DNA of 64,000 nt, taken from assembly GCA_032718475.1 (NCBI GenBank), contig JAUCBJ010006899.1:21808-85807 (forward strand), in the 5' to 3' direction. A program made the translations under genes and the position numbers. Positions 36,835-50,522 of the stretch are shown here, piece by piece; the first letter of the stretch is position 1; each line of letters starts with the position of its first letter. The notes under the pieces were generated by a model. That model was given only the letters and a program-made list of their open reading frames with translations, was not told the origin of the DNA and ran no database searches. The DNA is from Nemertoderma westbladi (lineage: Eukaryota; Animalia; Xenacoelomorpha).

Positions 36835-37026
36835 ATTTCAGGGTGACGAATTTTTTAAAATACCAATTATATTTTAAAATAAGACATTAACAAATGTGGT
36901 AATTAGCATACAAGTACATAGTCATTCATTATTTATTCATTGTATGTGGTTGGTTATTATTATCAAATGTTATTGTGATATATACATATATATTTCTTTA
37001 TATTATATTTTTAAATAATTATATAC

Positions 37027-40000
37027 GACTCAGTCACTTAAAAAATAGCTACTATTCTGAAAATTTTCGGGTTTAACATAATTTAATTAATTATAGTTTG
37101 TATTTTTTGCACTAATATTCTATTTAAATGATATTGTAGTTTCTTGCAACTTAGCCACCTGTATTATAAATATGTTCAGTTTTAAATATTCTCAGTCATT
37201 CACCGTTACAGTATTGCTTCATTTATGGAGTTGATTCCCCATGGAGCCATTGTTTCTAATGTACATTGCCAAGATACCCCCCTATGTCTAAGACGTTTTT
37301 CCAGGTTGGGTCCCTTCGATATATGTTCTATTGAGGTTATTCGAAAATCATTCCACATGTCCAAGATGTGTATTCACGCAACAGCTTGGGTTCTTCCCAT
37401 TAGTTATTTGTGATTTGTAGTTCCTTATTCTCTGTTTAAAGTCCCTTAGCCGATCCACAAGCTTGCTGCTTGCTACTTACATACTTTGCAGTTCAGTAAA
37501 TATACAACGTTCTTGCTTTCACATGTCAGTTAACTTATCCTGTGATTCCTATTAAATTCCCTAGTACTTAAACTAAAAGTGCTCATGTGGTTTACATGTT
37601 GTCCGTTTATGGTGAATTTCCCCCATTGATGCAATAGTAGAGACTAAAGTTACATTTTCTTTACTTGCATCTTCAAACCGTGAAGGTGCTAAGATATTTT
37701 TTAGTGTCTCACCTCGCCTTACTACAATATTTATATTCACACGAGCCATAAAATCTCCCTAACTTCCTGTAATATGCTTCTTTATTATTTTATTAATGTC
37801 GGGTTTCGCAGGCTCATTGTTAGTCACAAAGAAAATCTGTTGTTTTTCCGACTGCTTCTTCCTTTCCCTCGTCTTTAACCCTATTAGTACCGGGCTATAA
37901 AATGTACAAATACCGGGGGGGGGGGGGGGGTCATATTGACCCCTCCCTCTAAAATCTACAAATATTAACGAAAACGTCTGATTTTTTGTTTGTACGTAGG
38001 TATCACTAGTCTGGATCCGACCGAAAAAAAAATTATCGAAAAAATGTACTGGGGTGGTAATATTGCATCACCAAAATTACAAGTAGTGCACAATTTTCAC
38101 AAATTTTGAAAGTTACATTTTTCGGCTAATTGTTTTTCAATACAGGTTTTCTGGGGCGCAAAATACATTGGAAAATATTTAATAATTATATGATTACCAT
38201 AAATGGCTGTTTAGTCCTCTCTGCGTAGGAAAAAAATGAAAAAAACAAGTAACCAGCACTTTTCAGTTAGCACACAAAATTTTTAATTCACTTATACGAT
38301 GCTATAAATTCACATTTTCAGGTTTTCTAGGGCGCTGATTCTAATGGAATACATTTAAAATATGCCAGATCATTGAAACTTATATTTTTCGGTGTAATTT
38401 GGCAATTTTGGTGCTAGCACCAAATTTCGTACCCATCACCAAAAAGTACAAGTTTGCGATCTCCAGTGCTGTTTTTATTGATTCCATTGGATTCAGGACC
38501 CTCATAAACCCGTATAACGCAAGAAACAAAATGATACCCTCTACTGATCAATTTACTCATTTTCCAAAATTTGGTGCTGGCACAACAATTTTCACCCACC
38601 GATGAAAAATACAAGTTTGAAAACTCTTATGAAATTTTTACTGATTCCATTGAATTCAGAACCCTAACAAACCCGTAAAACGCAAGAAACAAGGTGATAC
38701 AATCAATTTATATATTTGATGGTTTTCAAAATTTGGTGTTAGCACCACATTTTGCACCCACTTCCGAAAAATAGAAGTTTGAGATGTCTAGTTCGATAAT
38801 TATATATTCCATTGAATTCAGAACAGCCATAAACCTCTAAAATGCAAGAAATAAATTGTCACAAGCAATTTTTTCTATTGAATGGATTTTCAAAATTTCG
38901 TGCTAGCACCAAAATTTGCACACAGCACCGAAAAATACAAGTTTGATACACTTGGTGCAACTCGTATATATTTCATCGAAACCAGAACCCCAAAAAACCC
39001 CAATTGCGTAAAAAACAAGTTTCAAACAATCAATTTACAAAATTGACATATTTCAAAATTTGGTGCTGGTACCAAAATTTGGCACCCGCCGAAAAAATTT
39101 GAAATTTCTAAATCAATTTATATGAATTCCATCCAATTGCGAACACCAAAAAACCGGTGTAAATCAAAAATAGAGATGTTACAATTAATATTTAATGAAA
39201 TGTAATACTACCCAATAGTTTTGAAAACGGTTTTCACTACTAGGAAGATAATAGATTTTTAGGAAAAGTCATAAAATTTCAGATTCCCAACTACGTTTGT
39301 TTCAGAATTATAATAAAAAAACTACGGGGGGGGGGAGGTCATATTGACCTCCCCCCCCCCCCCGGGTTTAATAGGGTTAATGAATCATTTTGTCTTATTT
39401 TTTTTACATTTGTTGCAAATTATTGACATACCATGTCTACGTTCCAACCAAAACAATGTAAATCCCTTTCTAGGTCCTCCCTTCTCAATCTTAATGCAAC
39501 ACTGTATGGTATGTACTTTGTCTGGCTCCTTACATGACTTAGCATGCAAATATTGATGTACATCCAAGTCCTTAAAGTAATTATCCCCTTGAATTTTACC
39601 AGTTTCATCTATAAAAATCCTAAGTCCAGGAAATTTACTTCCCGTCTGACTGCTCTATATTAAACTTAATTTTTCCTGGATTTACACTTCCATTTAACAT
39701 GTGACACGAAATTACTCATATCAGGATTTTTCATGTTTGAATAAAAAGTTATTATATCATCCCTGTACTCCTCCCATACTCATCCGGTTTTACAGGGACC
39801 CTGTAAACTTGCTCATCTAATTTTCTCGCACCATAAATATCTGTATAATGACACTAAAGATTTCATTAATCAAGTGAATATAAATATTGTAGTAAGGCTA
39901 CATACATGAGACACTAAAAAATATCTTAGCACCTTCATGGTTTGAGGATTGAACATATTTATAATACAGGTGGCTAGGTTGCTAAAAACTACAGTATTTA

Positions 40001-40123
40001 AATAGTATATTAGTACAGAAAATATAAACTATAATTAATTAAATTACAGAATGCATGAATAAGGGTTGCATTAAAACCGAATATTAGCAGAAAAGTAGCT
40101 AGCTCTATTTTAAGTGACTGAGT
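37027..40123 (-). mobile_element. Degenerate Penelope-like element remnant bounded by ~150-bp inverted repeats and interrupted by a piggyBac-like MITE
   Basis: Minus-strand remnants EYRDDII (~39760) and EVNFLDL (~39630) of RT, and CESKNVVYLLNCKVC (~37500) of a GIY-YIG endonuclease; 37027-37178 is inverted at 39951-40123. Confidence 0.6.
37879..39376. mobile_element. Non-autonomous piggyBac-like element with ~163-bp internal tandem subrepeats
   Basis: TTAA on both sides (37875-37878, 39377-39380); TIR CCCTATTA; G-run/TCATATTGAC/C-run at both ends; about five degenerate repeats 38400-39200. Confidence 0.8.
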
Positions 40124-41927
40124 GGATTGGTATACACATTTATTGAAAAATATAATATAAATAAATATTAATTTGTAAACCACCTGACACACACACATGG
40201 TTGGTGTTGAGAGAGATTTAAAAGCTGGCTTCGGTTGACTGTTTGCTTTTTAATGAATACACATCACATGCTGTCATACAAAAAATATCATTTAAAACTC
40301 AAAATGACATGCAAATTTCATATTAAATGTACAAAATCAAATCAGCAGAAAATATTCACGACTATAGAATCTGAAGCATGAGTTTAAACATATACTGTCC
40401 CATACTTAGGTAAGGACCCATAGACAATATGGTATGACTTATTTGGCTCATTCGTTGCCCCTATTGGAAGACCGCAAAACAGAAAATAAATGTGACTTGA
40501 TGTGATGTGACTTGATTAACGACGTAGCTGAGAGCAATTACAACCTCATCATGAGGAAGTTTAAGACAGCTGATTACCCTGAACCTTGTGATAAGTTTGT
40601 CACAAGAGAACTCGATCTGTATGGCAATACTACGCCCGCAATAATACTTATTCGCCAGGCCCTAGTTACCAAACTCTACAACATATGTTAAATAAGAACC
40701 AACTCGGATCTACTATTAGGCCTTGCTAGGGTTTACATTAATCTCTACCCGAGGCATAATGCAACAATCTTGCTGTTGATGTTTTGAAAGTCAAGTGAAT
40801 GTGGCAATCGCCACCTGCAAGCTCCGTAACTGTAACCGCTGGTTAGAACAACTGGGAACCTTGTCAGCGCCACCCACCTATGATAACCCACCAAACCCGA
40901 TGCCGCTGGCATATGGCACAGTAGGATGGGCCTCTAGGCTTTTACTTTTTTTCGTATTTCTTTTTTTCGTATTTCAAATAGTGAAAAAATATTTTCTATT
41001 AAGAAAAAATCTTTAAGATACCCCAGCACCATCAAATTAAAAAAATTAAAAATTTTTACTTCTAATAGCGAACAAAAGTTGTAGATATAGAAGATAATAC
41101 TTTTCTATTATAAAAAAATTCAAAAAATTACTTCTTTTAGGTCCCCTCAGTCCCCAGTACCTCCAAATTTCCAAAAAAAAATAATTTGAGTCTAAGACTA
41201 ATAATTTATTTTCATATAGACTTTTAATGTCAGATTCTTTTTGAATTCTTTCAATGTGAATCTAGCATTGTTTCTGGACCTGTTACATCGATCCCTCTCT
41301 TTAAGAGCACAAACAGATTACGTAAAGTTATGCTTCAGTTAAGCTTCAGTTATGTTCTTGACACAAGCGTTCAACAACTTGTGTATGATTTGGTATTGAA
41401 AAGAACATCTCTTTAGTCATATTTCTCTGTTTGGTTTCAGGTATTTCTTTGGTAAGAGGTGGCTCTCCCTGAAGATTATAGCTTAAAGTTGTCCAAATAA
41501 CGATTTATGTGTTATAGCTGCAAAGTTCACTGGTAGAACGAGAAACTCACGAACTCGGGATTTACCAGAGGCTTTGTACACCGCGAGCTTTAAGAATATG
41601 CTGTACAGCTAGTTCCTTAATGTGATTGCGTTTATCGAGCAACACTGCAATTAATGCATTTTGGCATTGTGTTGTACAGCTGTGTGAATTACGTTCTTAT
41701 TATAATATAAGCTAAGCGTCGTATGACGTTAAATATTTGACTCACTTAGTTACCACTTTAGGATGCAATGCAGGGGTGAGCCCTGGATAGTCCCTTTAAA
41801 GCATTCATACCGAAGCGAAAACTGCTCTGGCACATGCGGGAATTGAACTCATGACCTCAAAGAGAATAATCGGAACCATGATTTGACGAATCATCACTAT
41901 AATTTATTGGCAACGCATTTTACCTTA

Positions 41928-42343
41928 GACCCCCCTCACATGGAGCAACTTGTTTCTGAAACTTGTTGCTGGCCCCCCTCACACACAGAAACTTGTTGCT
42001 GGCCCCCCTCACACACAGCAACTTGTTGCTCAAGAAAATAACAATTATTCCAAAATAAATGGCTAACATGTCCAGTCATTTATATATAATAATATCAAAT
42101 ATCTCAAATTATCGAATATTAGCTAGTATAAAAATGGAATAAAAGTTTTAAAAAAAGTTGCTGGGAATGTTGCTGGACTCCTTACAAACAGAAACAAGTT
42201 TCAGCAACTTGTTGCTGGACATCTCACACACAGAAACAAGTTGCAGAAACAAGTTGCTGCAACAAGTAGATGCACCAAGTTTCTGTGTGTGAGGGGGTCC
42301 AGCAATAAGTTTCAGAAACAAGTTGCTCCATGTGAGGGGGGCA
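41928..42343. mobile_element. MITE with long TIRs (Harbinger/Tourist-like), copy 1
   Basis: CCCCCCTCACATGGAGCAACTTGTTTCTGAAACTT inverted at the other end; TTA/TAA flanks; internal AACTTGTTGCT repeats. Confidence 0.7.
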
Positions 42344-45091
42344 TAAAGCCTGAGCTGGTGAGGGTTTTAGATTTTGCCTCTTAATAGGGACTTTTCTCTC
42401 GCCTTTCTAGCTGCTATATCTATATTAACAGAACCGATATACATTGCACAACCAGTTCTTTGGTCCAGGAGGAAGTCCAGTTATTTTAGATACATTTTGC
42501 AAGATTTGTTACATTTGCAGCTATTAACTGGGACTTTAAAGATGCAGCTGCACATGTCAAAGAGCTACTCGGACCCGTTCTCGAAAATTGCAAGCTTTTC
42601 TTTAAAGGACGGTTTCTCAAAACAATCTCTGTAGTGCTTTATCAAAGTTTGATATTTCTCATAGTAGGATTTTATAAGCTGAACTATACAAGTTACCAAA
42701 CAGTTGGAATGGAAGCCATAGGCCATATTGAAATAACCTTATCAGCGAGAGTTTGAGAAGATTTCGAATTTCGCAACCCCTCCAGTTCATCTTTGACAAA
42801 TAGTAACATTTAATTACATCTTTCTGCATTGGCAAAATATTCGTTTTCAAATTTTATGAATTTTCGAATAATATTAGGTGATCCTCAGGTTTTGATCTTA
42901 ATTCCATGAACTGAACTTATTATAAAATCTAAAAAAATTACTAGGGAGTGGCAACATCACATCACCACTATAATAATTACATTTATTTGTTGCTATAGAC
43001 ATAGATAATGCAAACACAACTTAAAATATATGGAAAAGGTTTCTAAATACAAATCGGTGTAGTAACTAAATATTGCAGATATGCAATTTAATCATATTTC
43101 ACTCTATTATATAAAATGCCTTTATAGGCAGAATATTGGAAGGATTTTATTAAATTTTATAATATTTTTTAGCAATTTGAAGGTGCTAGTGGAAACTTTT
43201 TGAAATATTTTTTAAAAGAAAAGCTTTATCTTGTTACTAATCAACTTTTTTGAGCTATCAGAAGTCGAAATTTATGTAAATTTTATGAGTTTATAAAATT
43301 TTGAAATCTGAACATTTGAAGGTGCTGGGAGAACAAAACACAGTGTTTTTTACATTTTTTAATAGAAAGTCCTATATTGTGACTCCAGAACTAACTTAAA
43401 ACAAAAGTTGGTCAATAATTATCTATAATAATATGTAACATAACATAACATAACATAACATATACAGTATATAGCAACGTGATAAGGATACTGAACTTGA
43501 GAGAAACGAAATTATGACAACTATGGAGAATCGGGAAGCCTGGAAGGATCTCATTTCCACTGTCAGAGTTCGCTTGACCTAGTAAAATAGTAGCAACTAA
43601 TATGTAACAATATATCATGATTGATACAAATACAGTGGGATATTAAACATTGAACCCAAGGGCATTCCCACAAAACATGAGTAGTGCTTCGGTCTGAGGG
43701 TTACCACATTTACATACTGTAGGCAAACGATCCTATGGAATACGATTCCAATGCCCCAACCTCAACAGTCAAGGTTAAGTAGATAGCAATATATATTCTT
43801 TAATCCAGGCCTATGCCCATAAAATATTTAGTTATTGACAACATATGTTAAATAAGAACCAACTCGGATCTACTATTAGGCCTTGCTAGGGTTTACATTA
43901 ATCTCTACCCGAGGCATAATGCAACAATCTTGCTGTTGATGTTTTTAAAGTCAAGTGAATGTGGCAATCGCCACCTGCAAGCTCCATAACTGTAACCGCT
44001 GGTTAGAACAACTGGGAACCTTGTCAGCGCCACCCACCTATGATAACCCACCAAACCCGATGCCGCTGGCATATGGCACAGTAGGATGGGCCTCTAGGCT
44101 TTTACTTTTTTTCGTATTTCTTTTTTTCGTATTTCAAATAGTGAAAAAATCTTTTCTATTAAGAAAAAATCTTTAAGATACCCCAGCACCATCAAATTAA
44201 AAAAATTAAAAATTTTTACTTCTAATAGCGAACAAAAGTTGTAGATATAGAAGATAATACTTTTCTATTATAAAAAAATTCAAAAAATTACTTCTTTTAG
44301 GTCCCCTCAGTCCCCAGTACCTCCAAATTTCCAAAAAAAAATAATTTGAGTCTAAGACTAATAATTTATTTTCATATAGACTTTTAATGTCAGATTCTTT
44401 TTGAATTCTTTCAATGTGAATCTAGCATTGTTTCTGGACCTGTTACATCGATCCCTCTCTTTAAGAGCACAAACAGATTACGTAAAGTTATGCTTCAGTT
44501 AAGCTTCAGTTATGTTCTTGACACAAGCGTTCAACAACTTGTGTATGATTTGGTATTGAAAAGAACATCTCTTTAGTCATATTTCTCTGTTTGGTTTCAG
44601 GTATTTCTTTGGTAAGAGGTGGCTCTCCCTGAAGATTATAGCTTAAAGTTGTCCAAATAACGATTTATGTGTAGTACATAGCTGCAAAGTTCACTGGTAG
44701 AACGAGAAACTCACGAACTCGGGATTTACCAGAGGCTTTGTACACCGCGAGCTTTAAGAATATGCTGTACAGCTAGTTCCTTAATGTGATTGCGTTTATC
44801 GAGCAACACTGCAATTAATGCATTTTGGCATTGTGTTGTACAGCTGTGTGAATTACGTTCTTATTATAATATAAGCTAAGCGTCGTATGACGTTAAATAT
44901 TTGACTCACTTAGTTACCACTTTAGGATGCAATGCAGGGGTGAGCCCTGGATAGTCCCTTTAAAGCATTCATACCGAAGCGAAAACTGCTCTGGCACATG
45001 CGGGGATTGAACTCATGACCTCAAAGAGAATAATCGGAACCATGATTTGACGAATCATCACTATAATTTATTGGCAACGCATTTTACCTTA

Positions 45092-45507
45092 GACCCCCCT
45101 CACATGGAGCAACTTGTTTCTGAAACTTCTTGCTGGCCCCCCTCACACACAGAAACTTGTTGCTGGCCCCCCTCACACACAGAAACTTGTTGCTCAAGAA
45201 AATAACAATTATTCCAAAATAAATGGCTAACATGTCCAGTCATTTATATATAATAATATCAAATATCTCAAATTATCGAATATTAGCTAGTATAAAAATG
45301 GAATAAAAGTTTTAAAAAAAGTTGCTGGGAATGTTGCTGGACTCCTTACAAACTGAAACAAGTTTCAGCAACTTGTTGCTGGACATCTCACACACAGAAA
45401 CAAGTTGCAGAAACAAGTTGCTGCAACAAGTAGATGCACCAAGTTTCTGTGTGTGAGGGGGTCCAGCAATAAGTTTCAGAAACAAGTTGCTCCATGTGAG
45501 GGGGGCA
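45092..45507. mobile_element. MITE with long TIRs, copy 2 (within the tandem duplication)
   Basis: Duplicate of 41928-42343. Confidence 0.7.
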
Positions 45508-47298
45508 TAAAGCCTGAGCTGGTGAGGGTTTTAGATTTTGCCTCTTAATAGGGACTTTTCTCTCGCCTTTCTAGCTGCTATATCTATATTAACAGAACCG
45601 ATATACATTGCACAACCAGTTCTTTGGTCCAGGAGGAAGTCCAGTTATTTTAGATACATTTTGCAAGATTTGTTACATTTGCAGCTATTAACTGGGACTT
45701 TAAAGATGCAGCTGCACATGTCAAAGAGCTACTCGGACCCGTTCTCGAAAATTGCAAGCTTTTCTTTAAAGGACGGTTTCTCAAAACAATCTCTGTAGTG
45801 CTTTATCAAAGTTTGATATTTCTCATAGTAGGATTTTATAAGCTGAACTATACAAGTTACCAAACAGTTGGAATGGAAGCCATAGGCCATATTGAAATAA
45901 CCTTATCAGCGAGAGTTTGAGAAGATTTCGAATTTCGCAACCCCTCCAGTTCATCTTTGACAAATAGTAACATTTAATTACATCTTTCTGCATTGGCAAA
46001 ATATTCGTTTTCAAATTTTATGAATTTTCGAATAATATTAGGTGATCCTCAGGTTTTGATCTTAATTCCATGAACTGAACTTATTATAAAATCTAAAAAA
46101 ATTACTAGGGAGTGGCAACATCACATCACCACTATAATAATTACATTTATTTGTTGCTATAGACATAGATAATGCAAACACAACTTAAAATATATGGAAA
46201 AGGTTTCTAAATACAAATCGGTGTAGTAACTAAATATTGCAGATATGCAATTTAATCATATTTCACTCTATTATATAAAATGCCTTTATAGGCAGAATAT
46301 TGGAAGGATTTTATTAAATTTTATAATATTTTTTAGCAATTTGAAGGTGCTAGTGGAAACTTTTTGAAATATTTTTTAAAAGAAAAGCTTTATCTTGTTA
46401 CTAATCAACTTTTTTGAGCTATCAGAAGTCGAAATTTATGTAAATTTTATGAGTTTATAAAATTTTGAAATCTGAACATTTGAAGGTGCTGGGAGAACAA
46501 AACACAGTGTTTTTTACATTTTTTAATAGAAAGTCCTATATTGTGACTCCAGAACTAACTTAAAACAAAAGTTGGTCAATAATTATCTATAATAATATGT
46601 AACATAACATAACATAACATAACATATACAGTATATAGCAACGTGATAAGGATACTGAACTTGAGAGAAACGAAATTATGACAACTATGGAGAATCGGGA
46701 AGCCTGGAAGGATCTCATTTCCACTGTCAGAGTTCGCTTGACCTAGTAAAATAGTAGCAACTAATATGTAACAATATATCATGATTGATACAAATACAGT
46801 GGGATATTAAACATTGAACCCAAGGGCATTCCCACAAAACATGAGTAGTGCTTCGGTCTGAGGGTTACCACATTTACATACTGTAGGCAAACGATCCTAT
46901 GGAATACGATTCCAATGCCCCAACCTCAACAGTCAAGGTTAAGTAGATAGCAATATATATTCTTTAATCCAGGCCTATGCCCATAAAATATTTAGTTATT
47001 GCAAAGAAACAAAACGGGTACCGGTACGTAACATAAACAAAATGCAGTAGTTATTTAATAGCACAGCAGAACAAAATAATATCAGCAATAGATAGCGAGT
47101 CCATAATTTGCCGTGTGACTCTACAATACCTTGTATAATGTGTCTAATTCTAGGAAATCAAAATGCACCTTATTTGTTTGTTATATACATAGACTTCGTT
47201 AAGGCTTATGATAAGTGTTCTTGTATGAAGTTAATAATAGAGTTAAAACGAGTAGGCTGAAGCAAACAGAAGCGTTATATGCTATTATTGCAAGTGAT

Positions 47299-47383
47299 AT
47301 TGTAATAAGTTGTTCAGAAATGGAAAAAATGATTGTTCTGTGCGAACAATCATTTTTTCCATTTCTGAACAACTTATTACAAT
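47299..47383. repeat. Perfect 40-bp inverted repeat with 5-nt loop
   Basis: 47299-47338 is the exact reverse complement of 47344-47383. Confidence 0.95.
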
Positions 47384-48889
47384 GCGATTGCGATTACAAT
47401 ACAAGTGCGATTGTGCAAATGCTAGTAGTGTTCTGGATGGAACTTCAAATTCAACAATTTGCTTACAGATTCTGATGCCATTTCGTACTGTAGAGTACCT
47501 GTCTTCGCTGTCTGCCTGTATCAAACCCTTTAGTCCTTTTCTATTTATAGCACACCTCCTACCTGTAAGTTTATATTGTTTGGCTTGTGAAATGCAGAAA
47601 TGGCTAATCCATCAGACAGTAATTACCGGTACTGGATATGTTGAATCTTTGTGCGAGAACTAGCAAGTAGAGGAAGATACAGGTCACGGCTATCAACAAA
47701 TTCAGAGAGCGCTAATGTTGGAGCATAACGTGTTTGCTGTGCAAAATCTAATTTATTGTAAATGGTTAAATATTATACAACATGAAGTACATGAAGTGGA
47801 CAGCAGAATAAATGGCAAAGTGTATCGTCATACATATATATCAAAGCAAGGGCTCAAATTATATAAAGCATATAGATAAACCAAGGTGTTTGGTTTAGCA
47901 GCTTCGTTGATGGATACAGCCACAAAATCTTCTGGCTATAATGCCACTAAAAAATACTATGATTAAAATAATGGTGCCAGCCAAATAATATTTCCCCGGC
48001 GTATTTGTACAGAAATCATCCTAGAACCAATGAATCGAACGCTGGTGGAGTAAATGTCCTCAGTTAGGTATGGAGGATGAGTGGCTTAACCACTTTGCAA
48101 TTCTTTGAAACAGATGTGAGTCTGGGCTCATCCATCATCTACTTTACACTTTGAACTTGTACGATTTACATACATGAACTACTTACAATGTACCCTACCC
48201 TTAATAATAATATTCAGCTGTGTTGGAATAGCCACAGAGCTAAAAGTGGTTTAATATCACCCTGAGGTAAACCAACTCTCCTATACATGGACATGGACAA
48301 TCCTAACTATTTACAATTTATCACTATTTCTGGTAGTGGAATCCTGTAATTTGGCCACACAAGAATTGAGCCAGGACTATTTACACAACAATAAACAACT
48401 TTCATTGTCAAACCGGCATTGTTAAGCTGGCATGTATTCTTAGTGCAGGCTGCATTGTGGCATGTCAATTGCATGGTGGTGGCAAAAGTATTTTTGTTAA
48501 GCTAGCATAGCATCTCAATGTTCAGCTTTAATGCAGCAGGCCGATTATTGTAGTTCATTGTGAACCAGATAGTTGTACATCACTGAACGATTGCTTCAAA
48601 TATTGTTTTACTTGAGATTTAAAGCCACTTCTAAGTATTAAGTATTTTGTGTAAGATAACAAATTATACTATTATTGATTATAATATACAGTAATTTGGT
48701 GCAGGTTGGTTGCTAGGGCGGGTTTATTCTACATTTATTCATTATCTACAATTATCTACAGTTAAACCGTTTTTCTATATAGTTTGACCTGTTCGATTGC
48801 CTTACATTATTTTTGCCGTATTATACATCTTTTATTATTTACCAATTGGTTCCCTATTTGGTAAATTTGGTGTAGGTTGGTTGCTAGGC

Positions 48890-49130
48890 TAGTTTCAAGC
48901 AAGCAAACAGTCGGCTGAAGCCGGAGGCAACCCGATGGCTCATCTTTCAATAGCTGCTACCCGAGAGGGTAGGGGTGGGTGCTACTCCTATCCCAAGTTT
49001 TGCTCCCAGTTATTTAACTGGTACTCATTTTATCGACCCCAGTGGATGAAAGGCTGAGGTTACCCTGGCGGGGCTGAACCTACAACCAATATATTGCAGG
49101 CCTGGCGCTCAACCAACTGAGCTACCCCGC
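48890..49130 (-). mobile_element. tRNA-derived SINE with Deu/Nin-like central core (3' end approximate)
   Basis: Head GCGGGGTAGCTCAGTTGGTTGAGCG (A box)...GGTTCAGCCCC (B box-like), then CTCAGCCTTTCATCC..GGGTCGATAAAATGAGTACCAG. Confidence 0.7.
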
Positions 49131-49179
49131 GGGAAATTTGAATTGTATATTGTACATTACAATTGGTGCTATTATTCCT

Positions 49180-49991
49180 ACTACTACTACTACTAGGATC
49201 GGCATGCTGCATTGCAGCTGCATTTTTAAGAATGCTGTGCCGGCTTGTCAACAAAATTGCACCGCCACAACTCCCTATCACCCATGACATTTGCTAGATC
49301 ATCCGCATCTTCAAGGCCAGTGTCCTTTAGGATGCGTCTCAAGAAAGTCATGGGCTGTCCACCATGCTTATTCACGCCATGAGGCTGCCAAAGTACAAGA
49401 TTATGCACTGGCTGGTCCTCACGGCGAAAGCAATGTCCTGCAAAGTGGAGGCGATTTTGTTCTAGTGTCAAGCTTGGGGGAACCAATGAGACACCTCCAA
49501 TGTTATATAGTGTCTGGTTGGAGATGTGTGCATTGTACTTGACACAATGAACCCGGCGTAGCATTCTTGTGAATGTGCCATCCAGAGATTTGGTGTCCTC
49601 AGCAGTTAGAGCCCAGCATGGACTCCCGTAGAGGAGTACTGGAACTACTGCTGCTCTAAATAATCGGACCTTAAGTTTCCGATTAATTCTCGGTGACTTC
49701 CAAATCCTGGAAAGCCTATTCAAGGCTGCCCATGCCTTTCCTTTACGTATTCGAAGGTCCTCACCTGACTTCCGGATCCATGATCCCAGGTAACAGAAGT
49801 CGTCCACATGCTCAAGCATACCATCCTTTGAGCTTATGCTCATCCGATCAGAGACTTGCTGAGGACTTTCAAAGTTAACTGTCAGAATTTTGGTCTTTCT
49901 GGAGTTAATAAAAAGACCAACACTAGAAGCAGCATGTTCTAATGAGCTGAGAAGCCGTTGGGCTCCCTCTTATGGCTCCCGCTATTATTCC
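49180..49991 (-). mobile_element. 3' part of an RTE-clade LINE, interrupted by element 2
   Basis: ORF 49226-49843 with FCYLGS, KVRLFRAAVVPVLLYG, RLHFAGH; upstream frame GLFINSRKTKIL; (TAG)n 3' tail at ~49180-49197. Confidence 0.85.
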
Positions 49992-50522
49992 TGTTAGCTT
50001 ATTCAATCCCGCTAACACCCCATAAAGTTATAAGCCGATAAGCAATATTGGGAGCCACGAGATTGGGCAATTAACCAACTCGTGCCATCCCAATAAGAGT
50101 GGGAAGGAAGCACACAATAAAGGGTCAGGGGCCGAACCCCTAACCCAGAGAGTACAGGTGGAGTGAACGGGAACACTCCACGGGGCGCCAACAAGGGTAT
50201 CAACCAATCAGAGGGGGGCAAGGCATCGATTGAGTAGAGCAATAAGGCCACCGTGCAATATAACCAGTAACACAATGTCAGTAATTCAGTTATCTCAGTG
50301 CAGTGTAGGTTAGTTAGTTTAGATAGGGGAGCATGGGACTTTAGTTACCGTATCCGCCTTCCGTATATTATACTACAGTCATCATATCTATATCTTATAT
50401 CTATCAATTATTATACACCGAATATCAGAACTCATTCACTATTTCCGTTTACTCTTTATACACGGCGGGGACGCGTAAACTAAACACCGGATAAATCGGG
50501 ATCCCTCCTGGATCCCGTCACA
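49992..50522 (+). repeat. 5' LTR of element 2 (end at 50522 inferred from ...GTCACA)
   Basis: Matches 63501-64000 up to 50490 with about 4 substitutions and 1 indel; true 3' end cannot be confirmed in this window. Confidence 0.8.

Larger units (their letters stand above)
40678..47001. repeat. Tandem duplication: 40678-43837 (3160 bp) and 43838-47001 (3164 bp)
   Basis: Near-identical head-to-tail copies with a few substitutions and a 4-bp indel near 44672. Confidence 0.95.

Noticed and set aside
49058-49130. Functional tRNA gene
   Set aside because: T-arm and acceptor stem are degenerate and the sequence continues into a SINE core
50012-50275. 87-aa antisense ORF present in both element 2 LTRs
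   Set aside because: Conservation is explained by LTR identity; no recognisable domain and a non-ATG start
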